Positions 6,508-14,463 of a stretch of 32,993 bases of DNA are shown here, in pieces (the first letter of the stretch is position 1; each line of letters begins with the position of its first letter). The notes under the pieces are model-generated. The model was given only the letters and a program-made list of their open reading frames with translations, was not told the origin of the DNA and did no database searches. The translations under genes were made by a program, and so were the position numbers. Origin of the DNA: Nitrospiraceae bacterium (GTDB lineage: Bacteria > Nitrospirota > Nitrospiria > Nitrospirales > Nitrospiraceae); assembly GCA_050731075.1 (NCBI GenBank), contig JBOHOM010000246.1, forward strand, positions 1 to 32,993, read 5' to 3'.

Positions 6508-7785
6508 GTGCGATCAGGAGAGATCATCGCGATCGGATCCGAGTTGCTCCTGGGAGGGCGGCTGGACACCAATTCGTTGTTTCTCACGGAGCAGCTCGCC
6601 TCGGTGGGGGTGGAGGTCCGGTTCAAGTCCGTGGTGGGGGATGTGGAAGCCGACATTGCGGCCGCTATTCGAGCCGCTGCTCGACGCGTCAAGGTGGTGG
6701 TTCTCACGGGAGGGTTGGGGCCAACCCGGGATGATTGTACGCGACAAGCGGTCGCCCGCCTGACCGGCCGCCCGTTGCGCCGACGGCCGGAAGCCATGGA
6801 AAGCATGCGCCGGCGCTTGGCCGAATGGGGACGGACTCCCACGGGTCCCCAGCTCCGCCAGGCGCTCATTCCGTCCGGCGCGGAGGTGCTCGCCAATCCG
6901 GTCGGATCAGCCCCGGGATTCTGCCTCTCATGGAAAGGGTGTCTGGTGGTGGCCTTGCCCGGCGTGCCTGCCGAAGCCGAACGCACGTTCGCCGGATCCG
7001 TTGCGCCGAAGCTGTCCCTCGATTCGGCTGCGCAAGAGCGGCTCGAACGCCGGGTTCTGCATACGTTCGGGTTGCCTGAGTCCGACGTGGAAGGACGGCT
7101 GACCGGGATCGTGCCCGGCGAGAGCGGTGTCCGGCTCGGGCTGTTGGCCTCTCCACTCGGCGTGACGGTCTCGCTGACCGCATGGGGACCACGCGTGAGT
7201 GATCTGGACCGACTGGCGCGAAGGGTGCGCGCGCGTCTGGGCCAGTCTGTCTATGCCGAAGGAACGGACACGATGGAAGAGGTGGTCGGACGTCACCTGG
7301 CTGCTCGCCATGTCACACTCGCGGTGGCCGAGTCCTGTACCGGCGGTCTGGTCGGCCATCGACTCACCCAAGTGGCGGGCAGCTCCGCCTATCTCGATCG
7401 GGTCGCGGTCTGCTATAGCGATCGAGCGAAAGTCGACCTGCTCGGGGTCCCGGAAACCCTGATTCGACGGCATGGGGCGGTGAGCGCCGAGGTGGCAGAG
7501 GCGATGGCCCGCGGGATACGCAGTCGGAGTCAGGCCGGCGTCGGACTGAGCGTGACCGGCATCGCCGGCCCAACCGGAGGGACAGCCCAGAAACCGGTCG
7601 GGCTCGTCTTCGTTGGTCTCGATGCGCCGGGCGTCCGGGGTGCAGAGGGCAAGTCAGGTGACGGGAGTACCACCGGCATGTTTCGCTTTCATGGGGATCG
7701 CCAGGCGATCAAGCTGCGGGCGTCCCAGGCGGCGTTGGAGATGCTCCGGCAGTGGTTGGTGGCGACCGGCTCGCGCGGACGATGA
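6508..7785 (+). CDS. cinA: CinA-family competence/damage-inducible protein (MoCF-binding domain plus PncC-type NMN amidohydrolase domain)
   Basis: The N-terminus EIIAIGSELLLGGRLDTNS...VVLTGGLGPTRDD and the C-terminal domain LAVAESCTGGLVGHRLT...GLSVTGIAGPTGG are both characteristic of CinA. The ORF is open from 6460. GTG 6508 has GGGGA 6 nt upstream and gives the canonical N-terminus. Confidence 0.85.
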   Translation: MRSGEIIAIGSELLLGGRLDTNSLFLTEQLASVGVEVRFKSVVGDVEADIAAAIRAAARRVKVVVLTGGLGPTRDDCTRQAVARLTGRPLRRRPEAMESMRRRLAEWGRTPTGPQLRQALIPSGAEVLANPVGSAPGFCLSWKGCLVVALPGVPAEAERTFAGSVAPKLSLDSAAQERLERRVLHTFGLPESDVEGRLTGIVPGESGVRLGLLASPLGVTVSLTAWGPRVSDLDRLARRVRARLGQSVYAEGTDTMEEVVGRHLAARHVTLAVAESCTGGLVGHRLTQVAGSSAYLDRVAVCYSDRAKVDLLGVPETLIRRHGAVSAEVAEAMARGIRSRSQAGVGLSVTGIAGPTGGTAQKPVGLVFVGLDAPGVRGAEGKSGDGSTTGMFRFHGDRQAIKLRASQAALEMLRQWLVATGSRGR

Positions 7786-8402
7786 TGATCAGAGCCTTCG
7801 TCGCGGTGGATCTGGATGCGGATTCCCGGAAGGTCCTTGCCCGAGCCCAGGAGCAGGCGAAGGACCGGACCATGCGGGAACTGTCTCGTCTGGCTCCGGA
7901 GGCGCGCATTCAATGGGCACGACCGGACTCCATTCACCTGACGCTCAAGTTTCTCGGCGAGATCGCCGACACGCGGGTTGAGGAGATCCGTCACACCCTT
8001 TCGGTCACGATCCAGGCGCAACCTCGGTTTTCAGTCGAGGTGGGAGGGTTCGGAGTGTTCCCGGACCTGCGCGCGCCGCGGGTGCTCTGGGTGGGAGTGT
8101 CCGGCCAGCACGACCAGTTGAACTCGCTGGCTCGATTGGCGGCGGAGGTGGACTCAGGACTTGACACGCTCGGGTTCCCGCGAGAGGCGAGGCCGTTCAG
8201 CCCGCATCTGACGCTGGCAAGGATCAAAGAGCGATCACGGGAGGTCGGCAAAGCCTTGACTGGAAGCGGGCTGATGGCCCAGACAGAGCGCCTGGGGAGC
8301 CTCAGGGTGCATGCCGTCGCCCTGATCAGAAGTGACCTCAAGCCCTCCGGCGCCGTGTACACCAGGCTCTGGGAGATCTCTCTCAAGGCGAGTGCCGGGT
8401 AA
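7782..8402 (+). CDS. thpR: RNA 2',3'-cyclic phosphodiesterase (2H phosphoesterase, LigT/ThpR family)
   Basis: It has two H-x-T-x motifs (HLTLKF and HLTLAR) and the N-terminus MMIRAFVAVDL. ATG 7782 overlaps the cinA stop codon (ATGATGA). The ORF-track start at 7752 lies inside cinA. Confidence 0.8.
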   Translation: MMIRAFVAVDLDADSRKVLARAQEQAKDRTMRELSRLAPEARIQWARPDSIHLTLKFLGEIADTRVEEIRHTLSVTIQAQPRFSVEVGGFGVFPDLRAPRVLWVGVSGQHDQLNSLARLAAEVDSGLDTLGFPREARPFSPHLTLARIKERSREVGKALTGSGLMAQTERLGSLRVHAVALIRSDLKPSGAVYTRLWEISLKASAG

Positions 8403-8446
8403 TGAGTGCTGAGTCACGAGTTCTGAAGGAGGAATGTTGAACGATG

Positions 8447-8458
8447 AACTGTGGTTCC
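8447..8458. promoter_or_regulatory. GAAC-N4-GTTC palindrome (Cheo-type LexA-box core) upstream of recA
   Basis: GAACTGTGGTTC lies 150 nt upstream of the recA ATG. It is about 115 nt upstream of the only good -10 element, so any operator role is uncertain. Confidence 0.3.
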
Positions 8459-8572
8459 CAAAGGCTGACCGGTGAAGGCACGGAGACAGGCCGGGCTCGT
8501 TGCTCATTTTTTGCTCAGTACTCGGCACTCAGCACTGAAATTAGACCGCTATGTTTCCCTGGATGAGTTGAG

Positions 8573-8578
8573 TATAAT
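8573..8578 (+). promoter_or_regulatory. consensus -10 hexamer TATAAT upstream of recA
   Basis: TATAAT lies 30 nt upstream of the recA ATG and is followed by the RBS AGGAGG (8598-8603). The -35 region (TATGTT) is poor. Confidence 0.4.
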
Positions 8579-8608
8579 GGAACTTTCCGAAGCCCAAAGG
8601 AGGGACCA

Positions 8609-9718
8609 ATGGCGGAGCGAACGATTGAAAAAGACGAGAAAAAACGGGCGCTGGACTTGGCGCTTTCCCAAATCGAAAAGCAGTACGGGAAAGGGGCCAT
8701 CATGAGACTCGGCACGGCCGAGATACCGGCGGATGTGCCGGCCATTTCAAGCGGATCGTTGGGGCTGGACCTCGCGCTGGGAGTGGGCGGCTTTCCCCGC
8801 GGGCGGGTGATCGAGATCTTCGGCCCCGAGGCCTCCGGCAAGACCACGCTCTCCTTGCATGTGATCGCCGAGGCGCAAAAGGCGGGAGGAGTCGCCGCCT
8901 TCATCGATGCCGAACACGCCCTGGACCTGGGGTATGCGAAAAAGCTGGGGGTCCACACGGATGACCTGCTGGTCTCACAGCCCGACACGGGAGAGCAGGC
9001 GCTGGAGATCGCTGAAACGCTGGTTCGGAGCGGCGCGGTGGATATCATCACCGTGGATTCCGTGGCGGCGTTGGTGCCACGGGCCGAAATCGAGGGTGAG
9101 ATGGGGGACGCCCACATGGGCCTTCAAGCCCGGCTGATGTCCCAGGCGCTCCGCAAACTCACCGCGGCGATTTCCAAGTCGCAGACCACGGTCGTGTTCA
9201 TCAATCAGATCCGGATGAAATTGGGTGTCATGTTCGGAAACCCGGAGACCACCACGGGGGGAAATGCGCTGAAGTTTTACTCCTCGGTCCGTTTGGATAT
9301 CCGACGCATCGAGTCGATCAAGGAAGGCCAGGAAGTCATCGGCAGCCGTGTCCGGGTCAAGGTGGTCAAGAACAAGATGGCCCCTCCCTTCAAGCAGGCC
9401 GAGTTCGATATTTTGTTCGCCGAGGGGATCTCCAAGGCCGGCGAACTGGTGGATCTGGGCGTGGAGAAACGGGTGCTGGAAAAGTCCGGCGCCTGGTATT
9501 CTTACAAAGGGGAACGACTCGGCCAGGGGCGGGAGTCGGTACGGGATTACCTGAAGGCGAATCCGGCGGTGGCCAAAGAGATCGAAGCCCGTTTGCGCGA
9601 GATGGCCGGCGTCTCCGCGCGGCCCGCCGAGAAACGCGTCGATGCCCGTCTGGATGAGAAACGTCCGGATACTCGCGCCGACGACAGGCGGCCTCACGCG
9701 GGACGCGCCGCGTCCTGA
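8609..9718 (+). CDS. recA: recombinase RecA
   Basis: Walker A motif GPEASGKTT, plus FIDAEHALD and [12 protein letters not shown] motifs. RBS AGGAGG precedes the ATG. At 369 aa it carries an unusual C-terminal tail. Confidence 0.98.
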   Translation: MAERTIEKDEKKRALDLALSQIEKQYGKGAIMRLGTAEIPADVPAISSGSLGLDLALGVGGFPRGRVIEIFGPEASGKTTLSLHVIAEAQKAGGVAAFIDAEHALDLGYAKKLGVHTDDLLVSQPDTGEQALEIAETLVRSGAVDIITVDSVAALVPRAEIEGEMGDAHMGLQARLMSQALRKLTAAISKSQTTVVFINQIRMKLGVMFGNPETTTGGNALKFYSSVRLDIRRIESIKEGQEVIGSRVRVKVVKNKMAPPFKQAEFDILFAEGISKAGELVDLGVEKRVLEKSGAWYSYKGERLGQGRESVRDYLKANPAVAKEIEARLREMAGVSARPAEKRVDARLDEKRPDTRADDRRPHAGRAAS

Positions 9719-9753
9719 ATGGAAGGCCGCCAACGCAGGCGTTGATCGAACAC

Positions 9754-10266
9754 ATGGTCGCGAAGCGCATTCCCGCCTCGAAGGGCGTGCCTCGCCGTCA
9801 GACACTTCGGTCCCTTTCTCCCGTCGTTGATCAGACCGAGCAGGCGGCTCTTCGATACCTGGCCCGCCGGGACAGAACCGAAGCCCAGATGAACGCATAC
9901 TTGGTCAGACTGGGGGCATCCTCGGCTCACGTCAGGAGCGTGGTCAAGCGGCTTGTCGACCGAGGCTATCTGAACGACGAGCGCTATGCGCTGCGATGGG
10001 CGAGCGAACGTCTTGCGCGTCGCCCGATGGGTCGGGAACGACTGGAGGCAGAGCTGATGGGGCAGGGGCTTGACCGCGAGACGACGGAGCGAGCGCTGGA
10101 GCACGTGTACGGCGGACGGAGCGAGCGCGAGTTGGCAGCGGCGCTGTTGAGGCAGAGACGCGAGGCACGGAACCCGGCGAACCGCCTCCGCGACGCCACC
10201 CTGCTGAGGCGGTACGGGTTTGCCGAGGAGTCGATCGAAGCGGTCTTAGGGAGCGGCGCATCATGA
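9754..10266 (+). CDS. recX: recombination regulator RecX
   Basis: It sits immediately downstream of recA and has the three-repeat helical pattern ALRYLARRDRTEAQM...LVDRGYLNDERYA...LMGQGLDRETTERAL. The ORF is open from TTG 9742; ATG 9754 was chosen as the start. The stop codon overlaps the alaS ATG (ATGA). Confidence 0.85.
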   Translation: MVAKRIPASKGVPRRQTLRSLSPVVDQTEQAALRYLARRDRTEAQMNAYLVRLGASSAHVRSVVKRLVDRGYLNDERYALRWASERLARRPMGRERLEAELMGQGLDRETTERALEHVYGGRSERELAAALLRQRREARNPANRLRDATLLRRYGFAEESIEAVLGSGAS

Positions 10267-12911
10267 ATCAGAGCGCACAGGAACTTCGTCAAGCTTTTAC
10301 CGGGTATTTCGTCGAGCAGGGGCACACATCCGTGCCGAGTTCCTCGCTGATCCCCCAGGCCGACCCCACCCTCTTGTTCACCAATGCCGGCATGAACCAG
10401 TTCAAGGGCGTGTTCCTGGGCGAGGAGACGCGTCCGTATAAGCGGGCGGTCACGGTGCAGAAGTGCCTGCGGGCCGGGGGCAAGCACAATGACCTTGAGA
10501 ACGTGGGGTATACCGCCCGCCATCACACGTTTTTTGAGATGCTGGGGAACTTTTCGTTCGGAGACTATTTCAAGGAAGACGCCATCCGGTTCGGGTGGGA
10601 CTTTCTGACGCGCGTGGTCGGGTTGCAGAAGAACAAGCTCTGGGTCACGATTTTCCAGGATGACGACCAGGCCTTCGAGCTGTGGAAGAAGATCGGGATG
10701 CCGGCCTCGCGGATCGTGCGCTCCGGAGAAAAGGATAACTTCTGGCAGATGGGAGAGACCGGTCCGTGCGGGCCATGCTCGGAAATCCATTACGATCAAG
10801 GTCCCGATGTGGCGGGAGACACGGTTCCGAACGGAGCGGGAGACCGGGTAATCGAGGTCTGGAACCTGGTGTTCATGCAGTTCGACCGGGACAGCAGCGG
10901 GACGCTCAGGCCGCTCCCCAAGCCGAGCATCGACACCGGGATGGGGCTGGAGCGACTGGCGGCGTTGGCGCAGGGGGTGCACAGCAACTACGACACCGAC
11001 CTCTTTCGGCCGATCCTTCACGCGATCGAAAACACGGCGGGCAGGCGCTATGGCGCGTCGCCGGACGATGACCGGGCGATGAGGGTCATCGCGGATCACC
11101 TGCGGGGCACGGTCTTCATGGTGGTGGATGGCGTCCTTCCCTCAAATGAAGGCCGAGGCTATGTGCTGCGGCGGATCATCAGGCGTGCCGGACGGTACGG
11201 CCGATTGCTCGGGCTGGGGCTCGACGGTCCGTTCTTGCATCGCCTCACTGAGTCGGTGATCGCCGGCATGAAAGCCGCCTATCCCGAACTGGAGCAGGCA
11301 AGGGACACGGTTCGACAGGTCACAGAGGCTGAAGAGGAGCGGTTCCTGGCCACACTGGAAAAAGGGGAGCCCTTGCTGGCAGCAGCGATCGCGTCTGTGC
11401 TGAAGGCCAAGCAGAAGACGATCCCGGGTCAGAAACTCTTCGAGCTGTACGACACCTACGGATACCCTCTGGACCTTGCCGCGGATTCGGCCAGGGACAA
11501 GGGGCTGACGCTGGATTTTGAAGGCTTCCAGGCCGCCTTGGCCGAACAACGCGAGCGGGCTCGAAAGGGCTCCGGCTTCGAGACAGCCAAGGTCAGTGGG
11601 GTTCTCCGGGCTCTACTGAGCGCATCCGCGCTCACGCCCACCCGGTTTGTCGGATACGAACGGCTCGAGGCGGACGGAATCGTCCAGGCGATTCTCAAGG
11701 GTGAGCAGCTGGCCGAGGAGGCGGTGGAGGGGGAGGAAGTTGAACTGGTGCTCGATGTCACGCCGTTCTACCCGGAAGGAGGAGGGCAGGTTGGCGACCA
11801 CGGCCTGCTGATCGGTCCGGAGGGACGGGTTGAGATTCAGGAAACGACCAAACCGGCGCCGGACCTCTTCCTGCACAAGGGCGTTGTACGTGTTGGCCGG
11901 GTCCGTAAGGGCGAGCGTTTGAAGGCCTCGGTGAGCGCGGTCCCTCGACAGAACGCGGCGCGCAACCACACGGCCACGCACCTCGTCCACGCTGCGTTGC
12001 GGGAACTCTTGGGCCCTCACGTGAAACAGTATGGCTCGCTGGTGGCTCCCAACCGGCTGCGGTTTGATTTTGCGCATTTCAGGCCCCTGTCCTCCCGGGA
12101 CATTGACGACATCGAGTCAATGGTGAACGAGCACGTGCGGCGGAACGATGCCGTGCAGACCCAGGTCATGGGGGTCCAGGAGGCGGTCGCTGCCGGAGCC
12201 CTGGCGTTCTTCGGGGACAAGTATGGCGACCAGGTGCGAGTCGTGAGTATCAATACGTTCAGCAAGGAGCTCTGTGGAGGCACCCACTGCAGGCACACGG
12301 GTGAGATCGGGCTCTTCAGGGTCGTGTCGGAGACGGGGGTTGCGGCGGGCGTGCGGCGCCTCGAGGCCCAGACAGGCGTCGGGGCGTATGAACTGTTGAG
12401 GCAGCGGGATACGGAGCTCGACGAACTGGCGGAAGTCCTCAAGACCAACCGGAGTGATGTCCTGCCCAAAGCTCGAAAGCTCGTGGCCCTGCTCAAGGAG
12501 AAAGAGCAGGACCTGGAACAATTCAAGGCCCGATTTGCCTCCGGCCAAGCAACGGCTGATTCCGGACAGACGATGACCGTCGCCGGCGTGACCGTACACG
12601 TGCAGCGGGTTGATGGCATGGAGATGAAGGATTTGCGGACGCTAGCCGATTCGATACGTGACCGACTGAAGTCCGGTGTGATCGTGTTGGGCTCTGTGAA
12701 GGATGACAAGCCCGCGTTGCTGGTTGCGACGACGCCCGATCTATCGGCGCGATTCCCCGCGGGCGAACTGATCAAACCGCTGGCCGCCGAGATCGGCGGG
12801 ACGGGCGGCGGGCGACCGGAAATGGCACAGGCAGGAGGAAAGAACCCGACGCGACTGGAGGCGGCGTTGAAAAAGGCCTTTGAGTTGGTCAGACAGGGCA
12901 TTCAGCGGTAA
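10263..12911 (+). CDS. alaS: alanine--tRNA ligase
   Basis: 882 aa with the class II motifs HHTFFEMLGNFSFGDYFK, the editing-domain HTATHL and CGGTHC, and a C-terminal DHHA1 domain with GGGRPEMAQAGG. Confidence 0.98.
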   Translation: MNQSAQELRQAFTGYFVEQGHTSVPSSSLIPQADPTLLFTNAGMNQFKGVFLGEETRPYKRAVTVQKCLRAGGKHNDLENVGYTARHHTFFEMLGNFSFGDYFKEDAIRFGWDFLTRVVGLQKNKLWVTIFQDDDQAFELWKKIGMPASRIVRSGEKDNFWQMGETGPCGPCSEIHYDQGPDVAGDTVPNGAGDRVIEVWNLVFMQFDRDSSGTLRPLPKPSIDTGMGLERLAALAQGVHSNYDTDLFRPILHAIENTAGRRYGASPDDDRAMRVIADHLRGTVFMVVDGVLPSNEGRGYVLRRIIRRAGRYGRLLGLGLDGPFLHRLTESVIAGMKAAYPELEQARDTVRQVTEAEEERFLATLEKGEPLLAAAIASVLKAKQKTIPGQKLFELYDTYGYPLDLAADSARDKGLTLDFEGFQAALAEQRERARKGSGFETAKVSGVLRALLSASALTPTRFVGYERLEADGIVQAILKGEQLAEEAVEGEEVELVLDVTPFYPEGGGQVGDHGLLIGPEGRVEIQETTKPAPDLFLHKGVVRVGRVRKGERLKASVSAVPRQNAARNHTATHLVHAALRELLGPHVKQYGSLVAPNRLRFDFAHFRPLSSRDIDDIESMVNEHVRRNDAVQTQVMGVQEAVAAGALAFFGDKYGDQVRVVSINTFSKELCGGTHCRHTGEIGLFRVVSETGVAAGVRRLEAQTGVGAYELLRQRDTELDELAEVLKTNRSDVLPKARKLVALLKEKEQDLEQFKARFASGQATADSGQTMTVAGVTVHVQRVDGMEMKDLRTLADSIRDRLKSGVIVLGSVKDDKPALLVATTPDLSARFPAGELIKPLAAEIGGTGGGRPEMAQAGGKNPTRLEAALKKAFELVRQGIQR

Positions 12912-12915
12912 GCTT

Positions 12916-13377
12916 ATGGCTGGCACACGCATCCTGGCCTTGGACCCGGGGAGCAAACGCATCGGCGTCGCGCTCAGCGACGAACTCGGCTGGACTGCTC
13001 AGCCGCTTGAGACGTTCGAACGCCGGTCGGTGGCGGAGGACGTGACGCATATCCAGAAGCTGGTGCAGCAGCACCATGTCCGCCAGGTGGTCATGGGACT
13101 TCCGGTTCGAATGGACGGCCACGCGGGTCCGGAAGCTGAGTCCGTGCAACGGTTCCTGGAAACGCTGGCAGGGGCCCTGAGCGTTCCGGTGATCGCCTGG
13201 GATGAGCGACTGACCAGCAAGTCCGCGGAACAGATCTTGATCGACGCCAACGTGAGCCGCAAGAAACGCAAAGGAGCGGTGGACCGTATTGCCGCCGCGA
13301 TCCTGCTCCAAAGCTACCTCCAGAGCCTCTCAGGCGGGGGGGAGGCAGCCGGCGGCGCGTCCTCCGAGGATGTATGA
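12916..13377 (+). CDS. ruvX: Holliday-junction-resolvase-like nuclease / pre-16S rRNA nuclease YqgF
   Basis: The N-terminus MAGTRILALDPGSKRIGVALSD is the YqgF signature. ATG 12916 lies just after the alaS stop codon. The ORF-track start at 12880 lies inside alaS. Confidence 0.9.
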   Translation: MAGTRILALDPGSKRIGVALSDELGWTAQPLETFERRSVAEDVTHIQKLVQQHHVRQVVMGLPVRMDGHAGPEAESVQRFLETLAGALSVPVIAWDERLTSKSAEQILIDANVSRKKRKGAVDRIAAAILLQSYLQSLSGGGEAAGGASSEDV

Positions 13378-14450
13378 GTCCTGAGCGGAGCACGCGGCTG
13401 ATTACGTTCGTTCTGTGTGCCGTGGGAATCGCGGGGTACCTGGCAGTACGTTGGATGGTGCTGCCGCTCGGCGATCAGTCCCGTTCTCCCGAGCCTCCGG
13501 CGGTCAGGATTATCGAGGTTTCGGAAGGGACGCCGTTCCGCCAACTGGCCGCAAAGCTGGAACACGAGCGCCTGATCGCCAGCCAATGGGGCTTCGAGAT
13601 TCTGGGCAGATTGACCTGGGCGGATCGCCGAATCCCGGCAGGCGAATACGCGCTGCATGCCGGCATGAGTCCGACGGAGATTCTCCGAATACTCCGCAAC
13701 GGGCAGGTCGTGCACTACCCGGTCACGATCCCGGAAGGCTACACGGTCGCCCAGATCGCCAGCCTGTTTGACCAGAAAGGACTGGCCGATAAGGCCGAGT
13801 TTCTCAGACTGGCATCCGACCGAGACTTCATCCGTACCCAGGGTCTCGATGTGTCCAGCCTCGAGGGATACCTGTTTCCGAATACCTATCACGTTGCCAG
13901 GCATGCCACGAGCAAGGAGCTCATCAGCACCATGGTTGCTGATCTCTGGCAGGCATTTACGCCGGAGCTTCGCGCACGCGCGAAGGACATCAACATGAGC
14001 GTGCACCAAGTCCTCACGTTGGCCTCAGTCATCGAGAAGGAAACGAGTGTCGATGGAGAACGCGAACTGATCTCGGCCGTGTTTCACAACCGCCTGCGTC
14101 GGAAGATTCCGCTTCAAAGCGACCCCACCGTGATCTACGGCCTGAAGACCTACGATGGAAATTTGAGAAAACGCGACTTGGCCGCCGCCACTCCGTATAA
14201 TACGTACCGTGTCAGAGGCCTTCCTCCAGGTCCCATCGCCAGTCCCGGCGCCCGATCGATCCGCGCAGCCCTCTTTCCGGCGCCCACCACCTTCCTGTAT
14301 TTCGTGTCCCGGAATGACGGCACGCATGTGTTTTCCTCGACGCTGGCAGAGCACAACCGGGCCGTGAACAAGTATCAGCGGCGACCTGTGCGGACACGGG
14401 ACTCACGCATGATGCGACTCACCGCCCCAGCATTCAGTCTCTCGCCTTGA
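13374..14450 (+). CDS. mltG: endolytic murein transglycosylase MltG (YceG family)
   Basis: It has an N-terminal TM anchor, the catalytic-region motif LASVIEKETSV and YFVSRNDGTHVFSSTLAEHNRAVNKY. The ATG overlaps the ruvX stop codon (ATGA). Confidence 0.92.
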   Translation: MSPERSTRLITFVLCAVGIAGYLAVRWMVLPLGDQSRSPEPPAVRIIEVSEGTPFRQLAAKLEHERLIASQWGFEILGRLTWADRRIPAGEYALHAGMSPTEILRILRNGQVVHYPVTIPEGYTVAQIASLFDQKGLADKAEFLRLASDRDFIRTQGLDVSSLEGYLFPNTYHVARHATSKELISTMVADLWQAFTPELRARAKDINMSVHQVLTLASVIEKETSVDGERELISAVFHNRLRRKIPLQSDPTVIYGLKTYDGNLRKRDLAAATPYNTYRVRGLPPGPIASPGARSIRAALFPAPTTFLYFVSRNDGTHVFSSTLAEHNRAVNKYQRRPVRTRDSRMMRLTAPAFSLSP

Positions 14451-14463
14451 TCCCCCCAACGGC

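Noticed and set aside
8406-8536. CIRCE-like half-sites (GAGTGCTGA ... TCAGCACT) in the recA leader.
   Set aside because: Their order is inverted relative to CIRCE, the spacing is about 100 nt instead of 9, and the gene context (recA) is wrong. They are kept only as a generic inverted repeat.
9984-11099. 371-aa minus-strand ORF, and the similar ORF at 12017..12901, opposite alaS.
   Set aside because: They are antisense to an unambiguous alaS, have Arg/Pro-rich composition and lack an RBS. They are GC-rich antisense frame artefacts.
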